Shown piece after piece: positions 28,433 to 37,148 of a stretch of 64,000 nucleotides of DNA. The DNA comes from a virus: the IMG/VR virus record IMGVR_UViG_3300020180_000016, positions 1 through 64,000 of that record; one strand, written 5' to 3'. Under the pieces are notes generated by a model. The model did no database searches. It had not been told where the DNA came from and was given only the letters and a program-made list of their open reading frames with translations. Made by a program: the position numbers and the translations under genes. How positions within the stretch are numbered: the stretch's first letter is position 1; every line of letters starts with the position of its first letter.

Positions 28433-28507
28433 ATGGCCGAAGGCAGTCGGGTCCGAGACCCCGTTCACAACTTCATCGATCTGACCGAGAAAGAAGGAGG
28501 AACATGA
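28433..28507 (+). pseudogene. HD-domain (YwfO/dNTPase-like) gene reduced to 24 codons by in-frame deletion
   Basis: SD AAGGAG; MAEGSRVRDPVHNFIDLTEKE-GGT*; RDPVH..I is the family N-terminus; ATGA coupling to the next gene retained. Confidence 0.7.
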
Positions 28508-29040
28508 TGGATGCCCGCGATTTCGTGGCGATGACGCTCCTGGCGTCCGGTGGCCATGTGCAAGGCAAAACGAAGCTTCAGAAGCTCGTGTATTTTGTGG
28601 GCGTCCTGACGGACTCTCTCGAGGAGTTGGGCTACCGCCCGCATTTCTACGGGCCGTACTCGGATGACGTGGCGTATGCAATTACGCAACTCAAGGCGAT
28701 TGGTGCGCTCGACCAAGTGGTCTCGGAATGGGGCTACCACTTTACGCTGAACGACCCCGGCAAGGCATACGCCGCCGGCGTTTCGCAGCGTTGTTCAGAC
28801 CTCTGGCGGCGAGTGCAGAAGGCTGTCCAAGCATACAACGAAGCGGGCGACAAGGACTACATGGCATTGTCGATTGCTGCGAAGACCTACTTCCTGTTGG
28901 GCCATAAGAAGGCTCCGGCAACCGATGAGGAACTGACGCAACTGGCATCGCAATTCGGTTGGACCGTCTCGGTCGACCAGGTACGGCAAGCTGCGGAATA
29001 TCTGTCCCGGCTTCACCTGATCGAGCCCTCAACAAACTGA
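28504..29040 (+). CDS. YwgA-like / Panacea(SocA)-related wHTH protein, putative antitoxin
   Basis: GKTKLQKLVYF, YRPHFYGPYSDDV; lies downstream of the HD remnant as in ywfO-ywgA. Confidence 0.7.
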   Translation: MMDARDFVAMTLLASGGHVQGKTKLQKLVYFVGVLTDSLEELGYRPHFYGPYSDDVAYAITQLKAIGALDQVVSEWGYHFTLNDPGKAYAAGVSQRCSDLWRRVQKAVQAYNEAGDKDYMALSIAAKTYFLLGHKKAPATDEELTQLASQFGWTVSVDQVRQAAEYLSRLHLIEPSTN

Positions 29041-29065
29041 TCTCTGTCGAAAGCGATGCCTTCTT

Positions 29066-29488
29066 ATGTCCCGTCCCCGTGTACTCATCGAACAGTGGCT
29101 CCCCATTGACCAGATCGGGGCCGAGTGCATGCGCGAGCGGGGGGCGTCTTCGGCGTTGCCCCCGCTGTATTTTCTGCACGTCTGGTGGGCGCGGCGGCCG
29201 CTCACGGTCAGTCGCGCGGCGATTCTGGCCAGTCTGCTGCCGGCTTATCCGACTGGCGACGACGACAGCGTCCGGGCCTGGCCGCAGAAGTTTCTCAAGC
29301 GGTTTCCGACGTTCGACGCCTACAAGCAGTGGTTTCTGAAGCTGATCGGCATTCAGGGGAACCCGGCCACCAGCCGAAAAATTATCGACTGGGCCAAGAC
29401 CCAGGGGCTCAAGCTGACGCCGGCGTCGCACTGGCGCTCGTGCCGGAGATCAAGGTGGTGCCCATCAGCGGGGCCGCTAAATGGCTGA
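29066..29488 (+). pseudogene. DUF1156 adenine DNA methyltransferase, N-terminal fragment
   Basis: LIEQWLP..RER..LHVWWARRPL..SRAAILASLLP; homology lost at about 29415. Confidence 0.8.
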
Positions 29489-29606
29489 CACCCGAAAAGG
29501 CGATGATTGGACTGAATCTGCGAGGGAAGAGCAACGACCGCTTCTGGTTCACGTTCTTCCACGAGGCGGGACACATTCTCAACGACCGCAAGAAAGAGAC
29601 GTTCAC
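29413..29606 (+). pseudogene. ImmA/IrrE-type metallopeptidase domain fragment (HigA-fused family)
   Basis: AGVALALVPE..SGAAKWL..LNLRGKSNDRFWFTFFHEAGHIL (HExxH). Confidence 0.75.
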
Positions 29607-29619
29607 GGAGTCGACAAAA

Positions 29620-30426
29620 ATGAATGATTTGCAGCAGGACTCTGATGCGAAGAACGATAGTCCGCTGATGATTGCGGCAAAGTTCGGCCGGCTGTTCGTG
29701 GGGGTCAACGTCATGTTGATTCCTGATCGGGACCGTGCCGGTGAAGATGTCGCACAGCATTCCGGGCGCGTCCTGCGCGGGATTGCGAAGTCGATCCGCA
29801 TCGCAGTGCTGCCCGGTGAATTCAAAGAGAGTAACGGCGAGGACGTTCGAGACGTTCTCCGGCGGCCGGACGGGCAGCAGCAGGTCGAGCAAGCCATCGC
29901 TGACGCCCAACCAACCGAGCCGATCGAGAATGACGCGGCTGAGAAGGAGACGGTGCCACACACCCCGGTCGGCGATGTCTCAGAATCCGTAACCGCCAAA
30001 GAGATTGAGAAGCCTGTTCGGCCGGATATCCAGAAGCTCCGGATTGCGGAATTGGAAGGTCGGCGGGATGCCTTGCAGCAGCATCTTAAGAATGCACAGA
30101 ACGCTGTCGACGAGGCGAAGAAGGAAGATGCGGACAGATGCTGGGGTTTGGGCAAACCGCCAACCCCAGCATCTCTTGAGACGGTGCAGCATGGCGGCAG
30201 GCATTACAAAGGTATGGCAATCCAACCGGCCGAGTATTGCCATAAGAACGGATTCAAATTTTGTGAGTCGGAGGCGATCAAATATCTGTCACGGTTTCGT
30301 AGTAAGAAGGGCGAGGAAGACGTCCGCAAGGCGATTCACTTCTGCCAGATGATTCTGGACATGGAGTACAGTGTCCAGTCGAATGTGATCTACCCGGAGA
30401 CTAAATCATCGAAGAGCCCGACTTGA
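29620..30426 (+). CDS. Chimeric ORF: gene-start fragment + Toprim fragment + coiled-coil pieces + phage DUF3310 domain
   Basis: GGAG before ATG 29620; IPDRDRAGE..EDVRD (Toprim-like); HGGRHY..IQP.EY..AIKYLSR..KKGEEDVRKA (DUF3310). Confidence 0.6.
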   Translation: MNDLQQDSDAKNDSPLMIAAKFGRLFVGVNVMLIPDRDRAGEDVAQHSGRVLRGIAKSIRIAVLPGEFKESNGEDVRDVLRRPDGQQQVEQAIADAQPTEPIENDAAEKETVPHTPVGDVSESVTAKEIEKPVRPDIQKLRIAELEGRRDALQQHLKNAQNAVDEAKKEDADRCWGLGKPPTPASLETVQHGGRHYKGMAIQPAEYCHKNGFKFCESEAIKYLSRFRSKKGEEDVRKAIHFCQMILDMEYSVQSNVIYPETKSSKSPT

Positions 30427-30686
30427 AACACCCAGCCGTTAATCTTTCTGGTTTGGATGGTGCCGCGTCTTGGATTCGATTTCGAGCAATAAACGAAGAC
30501 ACGCTCGATGAGATTCTGCCTGCTGAATTCTTCGTTGAAGGTCTAACCTGCGAAGACCAGAAGAACAATATCTGGAAAGTGACGTATCGACATGGCCAAG
30601 AAATTGCCGGCGGTTTTAACTCCAGCAGAGAAACTTGCCAAGGAGAAGTCGACGAGATTTGGAAGCCTAATCCCTCACCATCGTAG
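30423..30686 (+). CDS. Hypothetical protein
   Basis: ORF overlapping the upstream stop. Confidence 0.35.
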   Translation: MKHPAVNLSGLDGAASWIRFRAINEDTLDEILPAEFFVEGLTCEDQKNNIWKVTYRHGQEIAGGFNSSRETCQGEVDEIWKPNPSPS

Positions 30687-30961
30687 AAAGCTCAAGGATG
30701 AGATTTTTATTGGTCATTGTTGCCTTGTCCAGCTCTGGTTGCCTCTTTCTCCCTCACAAGTCCGAATGGAAAGATTGCCGCAATGGCCCAGCTCCCATTA
30801 TGTCGAGTTCTGGAGATAACCGACTACTGGGAGAACCGCATTCGCGTTGATTTCAAATATAGGCATTTGGCGGTGACACCAGCACAGAAAGACTTTCGTC
30901 GTCGTATCTTTCATTTGTGTGTCCTCAAATGTCGGCAAGAACGAGCCTCAAGAGATAGAGC

Positions 30962-31918
30962 ATGAAAACCAAAACCATCAAAGCCGTTATTCTCAAGAAG
31001 ATGAGTGACTGGTGGAAATCCATCGAGGACGAGAAGCTCCGTGAGAGAGTGCAGCAAGGCACCATCGTCACTGGCGGCTGCATCCCGTCCATGTTGCTGC
31101 GTGAGCAGGTCAACGACTATGATGTCTATCTCCGCAGCCAGGATCTTGTCAAGGACTTGGCTCGATACTATGTGAATCGGTTCCAGGTGAAGACGAAGAG
31201 TGGAATTGACTGTGCAATTTTCGTCCGAGAAGAGCCTGACGGCCGGATTAAGATCGTTGTCAAGAGTGCCGGCGTGGCCAGTGAGAAGAGAAGTGAGAAA
31301 CAGTACGAGTATTTCGAGGGGGCTGAGGATTCCGCAGGCGGCGAATACGTCCGTGAGGTGATGCAGGATCCTGGGGCCATCCAAGATCGACATGATGAGA
31401 CTGAGGCTGCTATTCTTGAAGGAGCTGACAAGGGGCCGGCCTATCGACCAGTCTTTCTGTCTACCAACGCAATCACTTTATCGTCCAAGGTTCAAATCGT
31501 GCTCCGGTTCTATGGCGAGCCTGATGAGATCCACAAGAACTACGATTTCGTTCACTGCACGAATTACTGGTCAAGTTGGGACAATCAGTTGGTGTTGAGG
31601 CAGCCAGCCCTGGAATCCATCTTGACGAAAGAGTTGAAATACGTCGGGTCGAAATATCCGCTCTGTTCGCTCTTCCGTATCAGGAAGTTCGTTGGTCGGG
31701 GTTGGACGATCAATGCTGGGCAGATCCTCAAGATGGCGATGCAGGTGCATGACATCAATCTCCACGATCCGATGGTTCTAGAAGATCAGCTTACCGGAGT
31801 CGACGTCGCCTACTTCGCCGATCTGATTCATCGGTTAAAAGAGAAAGACGAGAATGGTGAACCTCGTCGTACAATTGACACGGCGTATCTGGTAGAGATC
31901 ATTGACAGGATGTTTTAA
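30962..31918 (+). CDS. Conserved phage protein, nucleotidyltransferase-like fold
   Basis: TGGCIPS..NDYDVY, NAITLS..QIVLRF, YDFVH, SKYPLCSLFR. Confidence 0.7.
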   Translation: MKTKTIKAVILKKMSDWWKSIEDEKLRERVQQGTIVTGGCIPSMLLREQVNDYDVYLRSQDLVKDLARYYVNRFQVKTKSGIDCAIFVREEPDGRIKIVVKSAGVASEKRSEKQYEYFEGAEDSAGGEYVREVMQDPGAIQDRHDETEAAILEGADKGPAYRPVFLSTNAITLSSKVQIVLRFYGEPDEIHKNYDFVHCTNYWSSWDNQLVLRQPALESILTKELKYVGSKYPLCSLFRIRKFVGRGWTINAGQILKMAMQVHDINLHDPMVLEDQLTGVDVAYFADLIHRLKEKDENGEPRRTIDTAYLVEIIDRMF

Positions 31919-31928
31919 TATAACTCCA

Positions 31929-32315
31929 ATGAGAACTGGATTCTTCCCACCCGACCATAAACCAAAGATCATCGGGATTGTCGGATCTCGTCGCCGAAAT
32001 TCAACGGCTGACGAGATTTTGCTTGAAGAGGCATTCTTCCAGGTCTATCAGCCCGGAGACCGGATTGTATCTGGTGGTTGCTCGCAGGGTGCTGACGCCT
32101 TTGCCGAGGTGCTGGCACGCCGTCACGGTATAACGATCATCATACACTACGCCCGGTGGGCAGACGGTAAGGCATCTGGCTTGGCACGCAATACAAGCAT
32201 AGCTCGGGATGCTGACGTGCTCTTGGCCGTCGTAGCTTCTGATAGAACCGGTGGGACTGAAGACACGATCGACAAGGCTCGACGATTCGGCAAGAAGATC
32301 ATCACCATATTGTGA
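31929..32315 (+). CDS. SLOG/DprA-like (DUF2493/YspA-type) protein
   Basis: IVGSR, IVSGGCSQGAD, ARNTSIA, GGTEDTI. Confidence 0.8.
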   Translation: MRTGFFPPDHKPKIIGIVGSRRRNSTADEILLEEAFFQVYQPGDRIVSGGCSQGADAFAEVLARRHGITIIIHYARWADGKASGLARNTSIARDADVLLAVVASDRTGGTEDTIDKARRFGKKIITIL

Positions 32316-32645
32316 GGCTGAGTGATGCCATGATACCTGAGCGACTCGCGGAAATGGATGAGGTGGACAACTGTAAAGCCCGAGGTGACTGGATTACGGA
32401 AATCGCCATCCTCGAGCTTGTGGCAGAAGTGAAGCGGCTGCAAGATCTGATTAAGAAATTTCAGGATCGACGAGTCGAAATCTAAATGTACCTTTTCACC
32501 GTCGAGTACCTAGTCGCTCAAGAGCGCCGGATGTCGGAAGTTGAGGTGACCGACACCAACGACGAGAAAGAAGCTCGATTGGTGGTGTTGAGGCATTACA
32601 TCTCGCGAAAGATTCGAGTCGTTGCTATTCGTCGAGGAGGGTTTG

Positions 32646-34253
32646 ATGACGGGGCCTAGGAAAGCTACCAGGGTCGATCTTGTCAAAGAAGAAGGTCGGG
32701 TCAGGAAAGCCTACCAGAAGATGAGTGCGACCTCTTTCGAGGTATTTTATCGTGGTTTGACAATCGAGTCTGCCACAGGTCCGCGAGTCTTTGAAACCTG
32801 CTCTGCCGATTTCCAGAAAGAGTTCTTTGAGGACGTGGGGCCATCTTTACTCGCCGTTCAGTTAGGGATTCTACCTCCACGAAGACGGTTCTGGCTCGAG
32901 CGGACGAAGAAGTCCTCTAAGGATGCTGACTTAGCCATTATTATGATGTGGCTGATAGCATTTCCACAGAGGCCGCTCTATCTTCAGGTCGGTGCTGCCA
33001 ATCGTGTGCAGGCGGCTATCGTCAAAGACCGAATGACCCATCTACTTCACTGGAATCCTTGGTTAACTGAACACGTCGAAATTGTTCAGTGGGAGGTCCG
33101 TAGTAAGAAGAAAAATCAAGCCGGATCCCATATGGCGCTTTTGCACATCATGAGCTCGGACATTTCTGGTGCTCATGGTGGTATCCCTGATGTTCTGATC
33201 GTCAACGAATTAAGCCACGTAGATAAATGGGAGTTTGTTGAGAATTTGATGGACAATGCGGACGGCGTGGCTCAGGGAATCGTCATCATAGCCACCAATG
33301 CCGGGTTTGTCGGGACGAAGGCTGAGGTGTGGCGCCTGAATGCAATGAAATCACCGCAGTGGTGCTTTCATATGCTGGCTCGACCAGCTCCGTGGCACAG
33401 CAAAGAAACAGTCCTTGAGGCTGAGCAGAGAAATACATCCAGATCACGGTTCAGACGTCTGTGGCACGGCGAGTGGCAGACCGATAAAGGTGATGCTCTT
33501 AATCAGACTTTGATCGAGCGAGCTTTCACCCTCTCAGGGCCAGCCGGTAAGGCTGATCCGACCTGGGATTATATCATGGGCTTGGATCTCGGCATTACCC
33601 ATGACCATTGTGGGTTGGTGTGCATTGGCGTTAATCAGACACTCCGCAAAATCAGATTAGCCTATATGGAAGGTTTTGCCCCAAACGGGGGCGAGGTGTT
33701 CCTTCCAGATGTGGAAAAGGCTTGTGACCGGATTGCTAAGATCTTTCGGCCGTTATGTCTGATCTATGATCCGCACCAAGCTATTCTTATGGCTCAGCAA
33801 CTCCGAGGGAAAGGAATCCCGACCAGGCAGATGGTATTCAGTAGTCCAGGTAATCTGGGACGAATGGCGTCTAGTCTCGTACAATGTTTTGAGCACAACC
33901 TGATCGAGCTCTACGATGAAGATGATCGATTAAAGAGGGACTTGAATAAGTTCAGCATCGTCGAAAAGCAATATGGTCTCAAGCTCGAGGCTACTCGAGA
34001 TGAATACGGACATGCTGACGTCGGCACAGCCTTAGTGATAACTCTTCCGGCTGCTATTGATCTCCTGGAAGGCTTATGGAATCCAGAGTTTGATGGCGAT
34101 TTGATTGCTGTCGAGACTGAGGACTTGACCAAGGAAGAGATCGCAGAGCTACCCGACCATTTCCGTGATTTGTTCGACATGGAAGATGGTGTGAAGAAAG
34201 AACGGCAGATCGAACAAGGTTGGGACGACAGCCCGTTTAAGGATTTGACATAA
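32646..34253 (+). CDS. terL: Terminase large subunit
   Basis: AANRVQA, deviant Walker B LIVNE, coupling motif ATNAG, RRLWHGEW, RNase H-like GLDLG..D, YDPHQ, HAD. Confidence 0.85.
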   Translation: MTGPRKATRVDLVKEEGRVRKAYQKMSATSFEVFYRGLTIESATGPRVFETCSADFQKEFFEDVGPSLLAVQLGILPPRRRFWLERTKKSSKDADLAIIMMWLIAFPQRPLYLQVGAANRVQAAIVKDRMTHLLHWNPWLTEHVEIVQWEVRSKKKNQAGSHMALLHIMSSDISGAHGGIPDVLIVNELSHVDKWEFVENLMDNADGVAQGIVIIATNAGFVGTKAEVWRLNAMKSPQWCFHMLARPAPWHSKETVLEAEQRNTSRSRFRRLWHGEWQTDKGDALNQTLIERAFTLSGPAGKADPTWDYIMGLDLGITHDHCGLVCIGVNQTLRKIRLAYMEGFAPNGGEVFLPDVEKACDRIAKIFRPLCLIYDPHQAILMAQQLRGKGIPTRQMVFSSPGNLGRMASSLVQCFEHNLIELYDEDDRLKRDLNKFSIVEKQYGLKLEATRDEYGHADVGTALVITLPAAIDLLEGLWNPEFDGDLIAVETEDLTKEEIAELPDHFRDLFDMEDGVKKERQIEQGWDDSPFKDLT

Positions 34254-34331
34254 TGAGGGCTACCACCGGGGAATCGAGCACCTCTAAATTTGAGCACTCG
34301 GATGTGCTGATGGCGACCATCGAGCACTTGT

Positions 34332-34482
34332 GTGGTCAGTCCGTTGATGCCGAAAGGCGTTGAGCACGAAGTAATTCCGATCAGAAGCTACGCGGTCGGG
34401 AGACATTCGTCCGTTGATGCCGAAAGGCGTTGAGCACGAAGTAATTCCGATCAGAAGCTACGCGGTCGGGAGACATTCGTCC
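34332..34482 (+). CRISPR. Cas-less CRISPR mini-array, Myxococcus/cyanobacterial type I-B-like repeat, two identical 34-nt spacers
   Basis: R1 GTGGTCAGTCCGTTGATGCCGAAAGGCGTTGAGCAC (34332-34367); spacer 34368-34401; R2 34402-34437 (5' 7 nt diverged); same spacer 34438-34471; R3 stub 34472-34482. Confidence 0.85.
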
Positions 34483-34574
34483 TAGGCATTAAACTGAAGC
34501 TCTAACTCAAATCAATTTTAGGTGTTGCTAATCTCCCAACAAGGCCGCTACCATACACCCACCGTTCTAGGTGG

Positions 34575-35036
34575 GTGCGTTCATTTAAACATAGCGGTTC
34601 CCCCTCTCCACCGCGTAGACCTGTGAGGGAGACTTCGTTGTTCGATGGGATCGAGGCCGTGCATCGGATCAGGCTCAACTATGACCTGGTTGGAGCTCTT
34701 GTATCTTTGATGTTCTTGGATATCGTTTCGGGTGTTCTTCTTGCGGTGTTGATGAAGAAGGTGAGCTCGCCAGTCTGTCGAAAGGGTATGTCGGTCAAGG
34801 CCGGTATCTTTCTTCTCATTTGTGTGGCGGCTATTATCGAGCCTTATGCAAATGGATTGCCAGCCGTTCAAGTCTGTGCCATCTTCTATATCGGCTCTGA
34901 GTCGATATCCATTCTAGAGAAGTTGCAAAGAATTGGGGTTCCCATTCCTAAAGTCTTTGTCGAATCTCTCGTGGAAATGAAGGACAGAATGAACGTATTC
35001 ACTAAGGGGAAGAAAGATGAAACTGCAGACGAGTAG
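34575..35036 (+). CDS. Phage holin (family 4 type); start may be further downstream
   Basis: FLDIVSGVL..SS..KGM..K, ESISILEKL..IGVPIP; multiple TM helices. Confidence 0.8.
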   Translation: MRSFKHSGSPSPPRRPVRETSLFDGIEAVHRIRLNYDLVGALVSLMFLDIVSGVLLAVLMKKVSSPVCRKGMSVKAGIFLLICVAAIIEPYANGLPAVQVCAIFYIGSESISILEKLQRIGVPIPKVFVESLVEMKDRMNVFTKGKKDETADE

Positions 35037-35481
35037 CTCCTTGCAGGCCGGGTGTCTCATCTTCTGTGTCACGCTTATGATTGGGTTCGCTCAATTTGTG
35101 ATCGCGGGTAATCTCCCTTTCTTGTGGTACCCTGCTCCGGATTGGGTTCAGAACCCGGCTTTTAAGATCAAGGCTACACCCAAGGTCAGAGTCTACGTCT
35201 ACGGAGATTTCTCATCCGGTAAGTCACTCCTTTCGACACGGCTGCGAAAGGAGTGGATTGATCTCACCCCGTCACAGACGACGGCTTTACCCTATGAATT
35301 TGTCTTTGAAGAGGATATCCCTACGTGGGCGAGGACTGTACCATTGCTGCACTGGCAAGACAAATCAGGTGAATGGCATCAATGGGACTGGGCTGCAAAA
35401 CAGATCACCACCCCAACTCTCAGACAAAATTTCGATGAAGTGTACCAAGCCACAGAGCGGTACGTTGCAGTTGCTAAGTAA
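35017..35481 (+). CDS. Membrane-anchored/secreted hypothetical protein
   Basis: N-terminal hydrophobic segment. Confidence 0.55.
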   Translation: MKLQTSSSLQAGCLIFCVTLMIGFAQFVIAGNLPFLWYPAPDWVQNPAFKIKATPKVRVYVYGDFSSGKSLLSTRLRKEWIDLTPSQTTALPYEFVFEEDIPTWARTVPLLHWQDKSGEWHQWDWAAKQITTPTLRQNFDEVYQATERYVAVAK

Positions 35482-35499
35482 TTTGATAAGGAGAAGAAG

Positions 35500-35811
35500 A
35501 TGAGCGAAGATAAGCCGGATCGGATTTTTGGTTTGACGTTGGCGACGTGGCAAGGTTTCATCGCTTTGCTCATTCTGTCGTTCGGTCAGGTTATGGCGAT
35601 TTTGAGCAACAATCAGAATGCCGCAATAACCCAAGCCAAGGTGGAACAGCAGATGGTTGTGGCTGAGCAGGCCCGGGCCGAGGCTGTGGTGGCTGCAAAC
35701 AAGACGGCCGAGGTGGCTGAAGAAAAGATTGAGGGTCTGAAGACCAACCTCGCTGAGCAACATGCCGAGACGGTGGATGCTCTGCGAGCTGTCACTGAGA
35801 TGATGAAGTAA
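35500..35811 (+). CDS. TM + coiled-coil protein (lysis region)
   Basis: SD AAGGAG; TM helix followed by coiled coil. Confidence 0.6.
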   Translation: MSEDKPDRIFGLTLATWQGFIALLILSFGQVMAILSNNQNAAITQAKVEQQMVVAEQARAEAVVAANKTAEVAEEKIEGLKTNLAEQHAETVDALRAVTEMMK

Positions 35812-35841
35812 GGATAGAATGCGTAAAATCTTCGTAGTCCG

Positions 35842-36252
35842 ATGAAAGGGAAGAGCATGGCCAAGACTAAGACACCGATTGGGTTCGCTGCAACGGAAAT
35901 CAAGAATGACTTGATGAAGACTCCGGAGTTCTCCTTCTTCGATCCGTCAGCTCTGTTGTCGATTCTGATGACGTTGATTCCGATCATCTTCAAGGGCTGC
36001 CAGACGACGGAAGGCGATCTGAGTGCATCGGCCGTCAAGTCTCGGGTCATGCGACATTGGCGAGCCAAGAAGAAGGACTGGACTTCTGGCATTGTGAAGC
36101 GGGTGCAGGAGCAGGCCTTGGAGACGGCAGAAGAAGAAGGTGCTCCGATTACGAGAGATCAAGCCAAGGTGTTGGCGATTTCGTCGCTGAACCAGATTCG
36201 CACGAACCAAGAAGAGCGGATCGGTGACGTGGTGATGCAGAGCATTGACTAG
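35842..36252 (+). CDS. Hypothetical protein with one TM helix
   Basis: DPSALLSILMTLIPIIFKGC. Confidence 0.6.
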   Translation: MKGKSMAKTKTPIGFAATEIKNDLMKTPEFSFFDPSALLSILMTLIPIIFKGCQTTEGDLSASAVKSRVMRHWRAKKKDWTSGIVKRVQEQALETAEEEGAPITRDQAKVLAISSLNQIRTNQEERIGDVVMQSID

Positions 36253-36298
36253 GTTTCTTCCCACCCACCTACTCACAATTTCTTTTGCAGGATACAGA

Positions 36299-37132
36299 AT
36301 GAGAAGAATGATTCTGTTGTTGGTTCCTCTGCTCATTGCAGCGGAACCTATGCCGCCTAAGGCTGGGATTTTGTTCCCAGTCCCAACCATCACACCTGTG
36401 GTGGTGCACGACCCGGTACCTGATCCTAAGACGGATCAGTCGGCCTTGCTGGATGATGAGTTCTATGTCATTTCGTCTCCAGAGGAATTCTGGATTCGAT
36501 GCGTGCCAATGAAGTCGCCGTTGATCGACATCACATATCAAGAAGGCCCGTTGAATATTCGGGCCAAGTTCTTTGACGGCGACGGTAAATATGAGACGAG
36601 AAAGTTTACGGACAAATATCTCGTTCTCGTGAATGCGACGAAAGGGGCTCTGGGAGCAGTTGATCTGATCGGTATTCCAAAGGGAGTGGATACCGAAGAC
36701 AAGATTCAACAAACCACGCTCAAGATCGGTAATGGTCCTAGGCCCCCGCCGGAACCTGATGTCGATGTCGATCCAGAACCTGACACAGATACCATTCCAG
36801 CCCCGGTGGGGTTTCGTGTCATTTTCAAGTATGAAAAAGATGACTTGACTCCGGAACACTCGATTATGATGGGTGGTGATCCTAGGATTGTGGATTACCT
36901 GAATGATCGATGTGCGAAGGATGCCGAAGGTTATTCGGAGTGGCGGGCATTTGATAAGGACATCCAGTTCAAATCCGGAGCCTCACCGTCGATTAAGGCT
37001 CTTTGGGAGACATCTAACGCCGACGCCCAGCCGTTGCCGAAGGTGGTTATTGCTGTGAATGGAAAGGCTCGTGTCTTTCCGTTCCCTGAGAATGGTAAGA
37101 TGCTTGAACTGCTCAAGAAGTGGGGCGGTTAG
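36299..37132 (+). CDS. Secreted protein with Pro/Asp-rich linker
   Basis: Signal peptide MRRMILLLVPLLIAA; GPRPPPEPDVDVDPEPD. Confidence 0.65.
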   Translation: MRRMILLLVPLLIAAEPMPPKAGILFPVPTITPVVVHDPVPDPKTDQSALLDDEFYVISSPEEFWIRCVPMKSPLIDITYQEGPLNIRAKFFDGDGKYETRKFTDKYLVLVNATKGALGAVDLIGIPKGVDTEDKIQQTTLKIGNGPRPPPEPDVDVDPEPDTDTIPAPVGFRVIFKYEKDDLTPEHSIMMGGDPRIVDYLNDRCAKDAEGYSEWRAFDKDIQFKSGASPSIKALWETSNADAQPLPKVVIAVNGKARVFPFPENGKMLELLKKWGG

Positions 37133-37148
37133 AACCTAGGAGAAGAAC

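Larger units (their letters stand above)
27955..30170 (+). other. Captured host-DNA island: mosaic of defence/TA and primase gene fragments (ends approximate)
   Basis: Codon/GC shift; successive truncated DUF1156, HD, ImmA and Toprim pieces; no mobility genes. Confidence 0.7.

Noticed and set aside
29125-30426. 433-aa ORF treated as one conventional gene
   Set aside because: The first ~95 codons are an off-frame reading of DUF1156 and the rest is a fragment mosaic
32231-32243. 13-nt match (CGTAGCTTCTGAT) to the reverse complement of the CRISPR spacer
   Set aside because: Flanks do not match; too short to call self-targeting and compatible with chance
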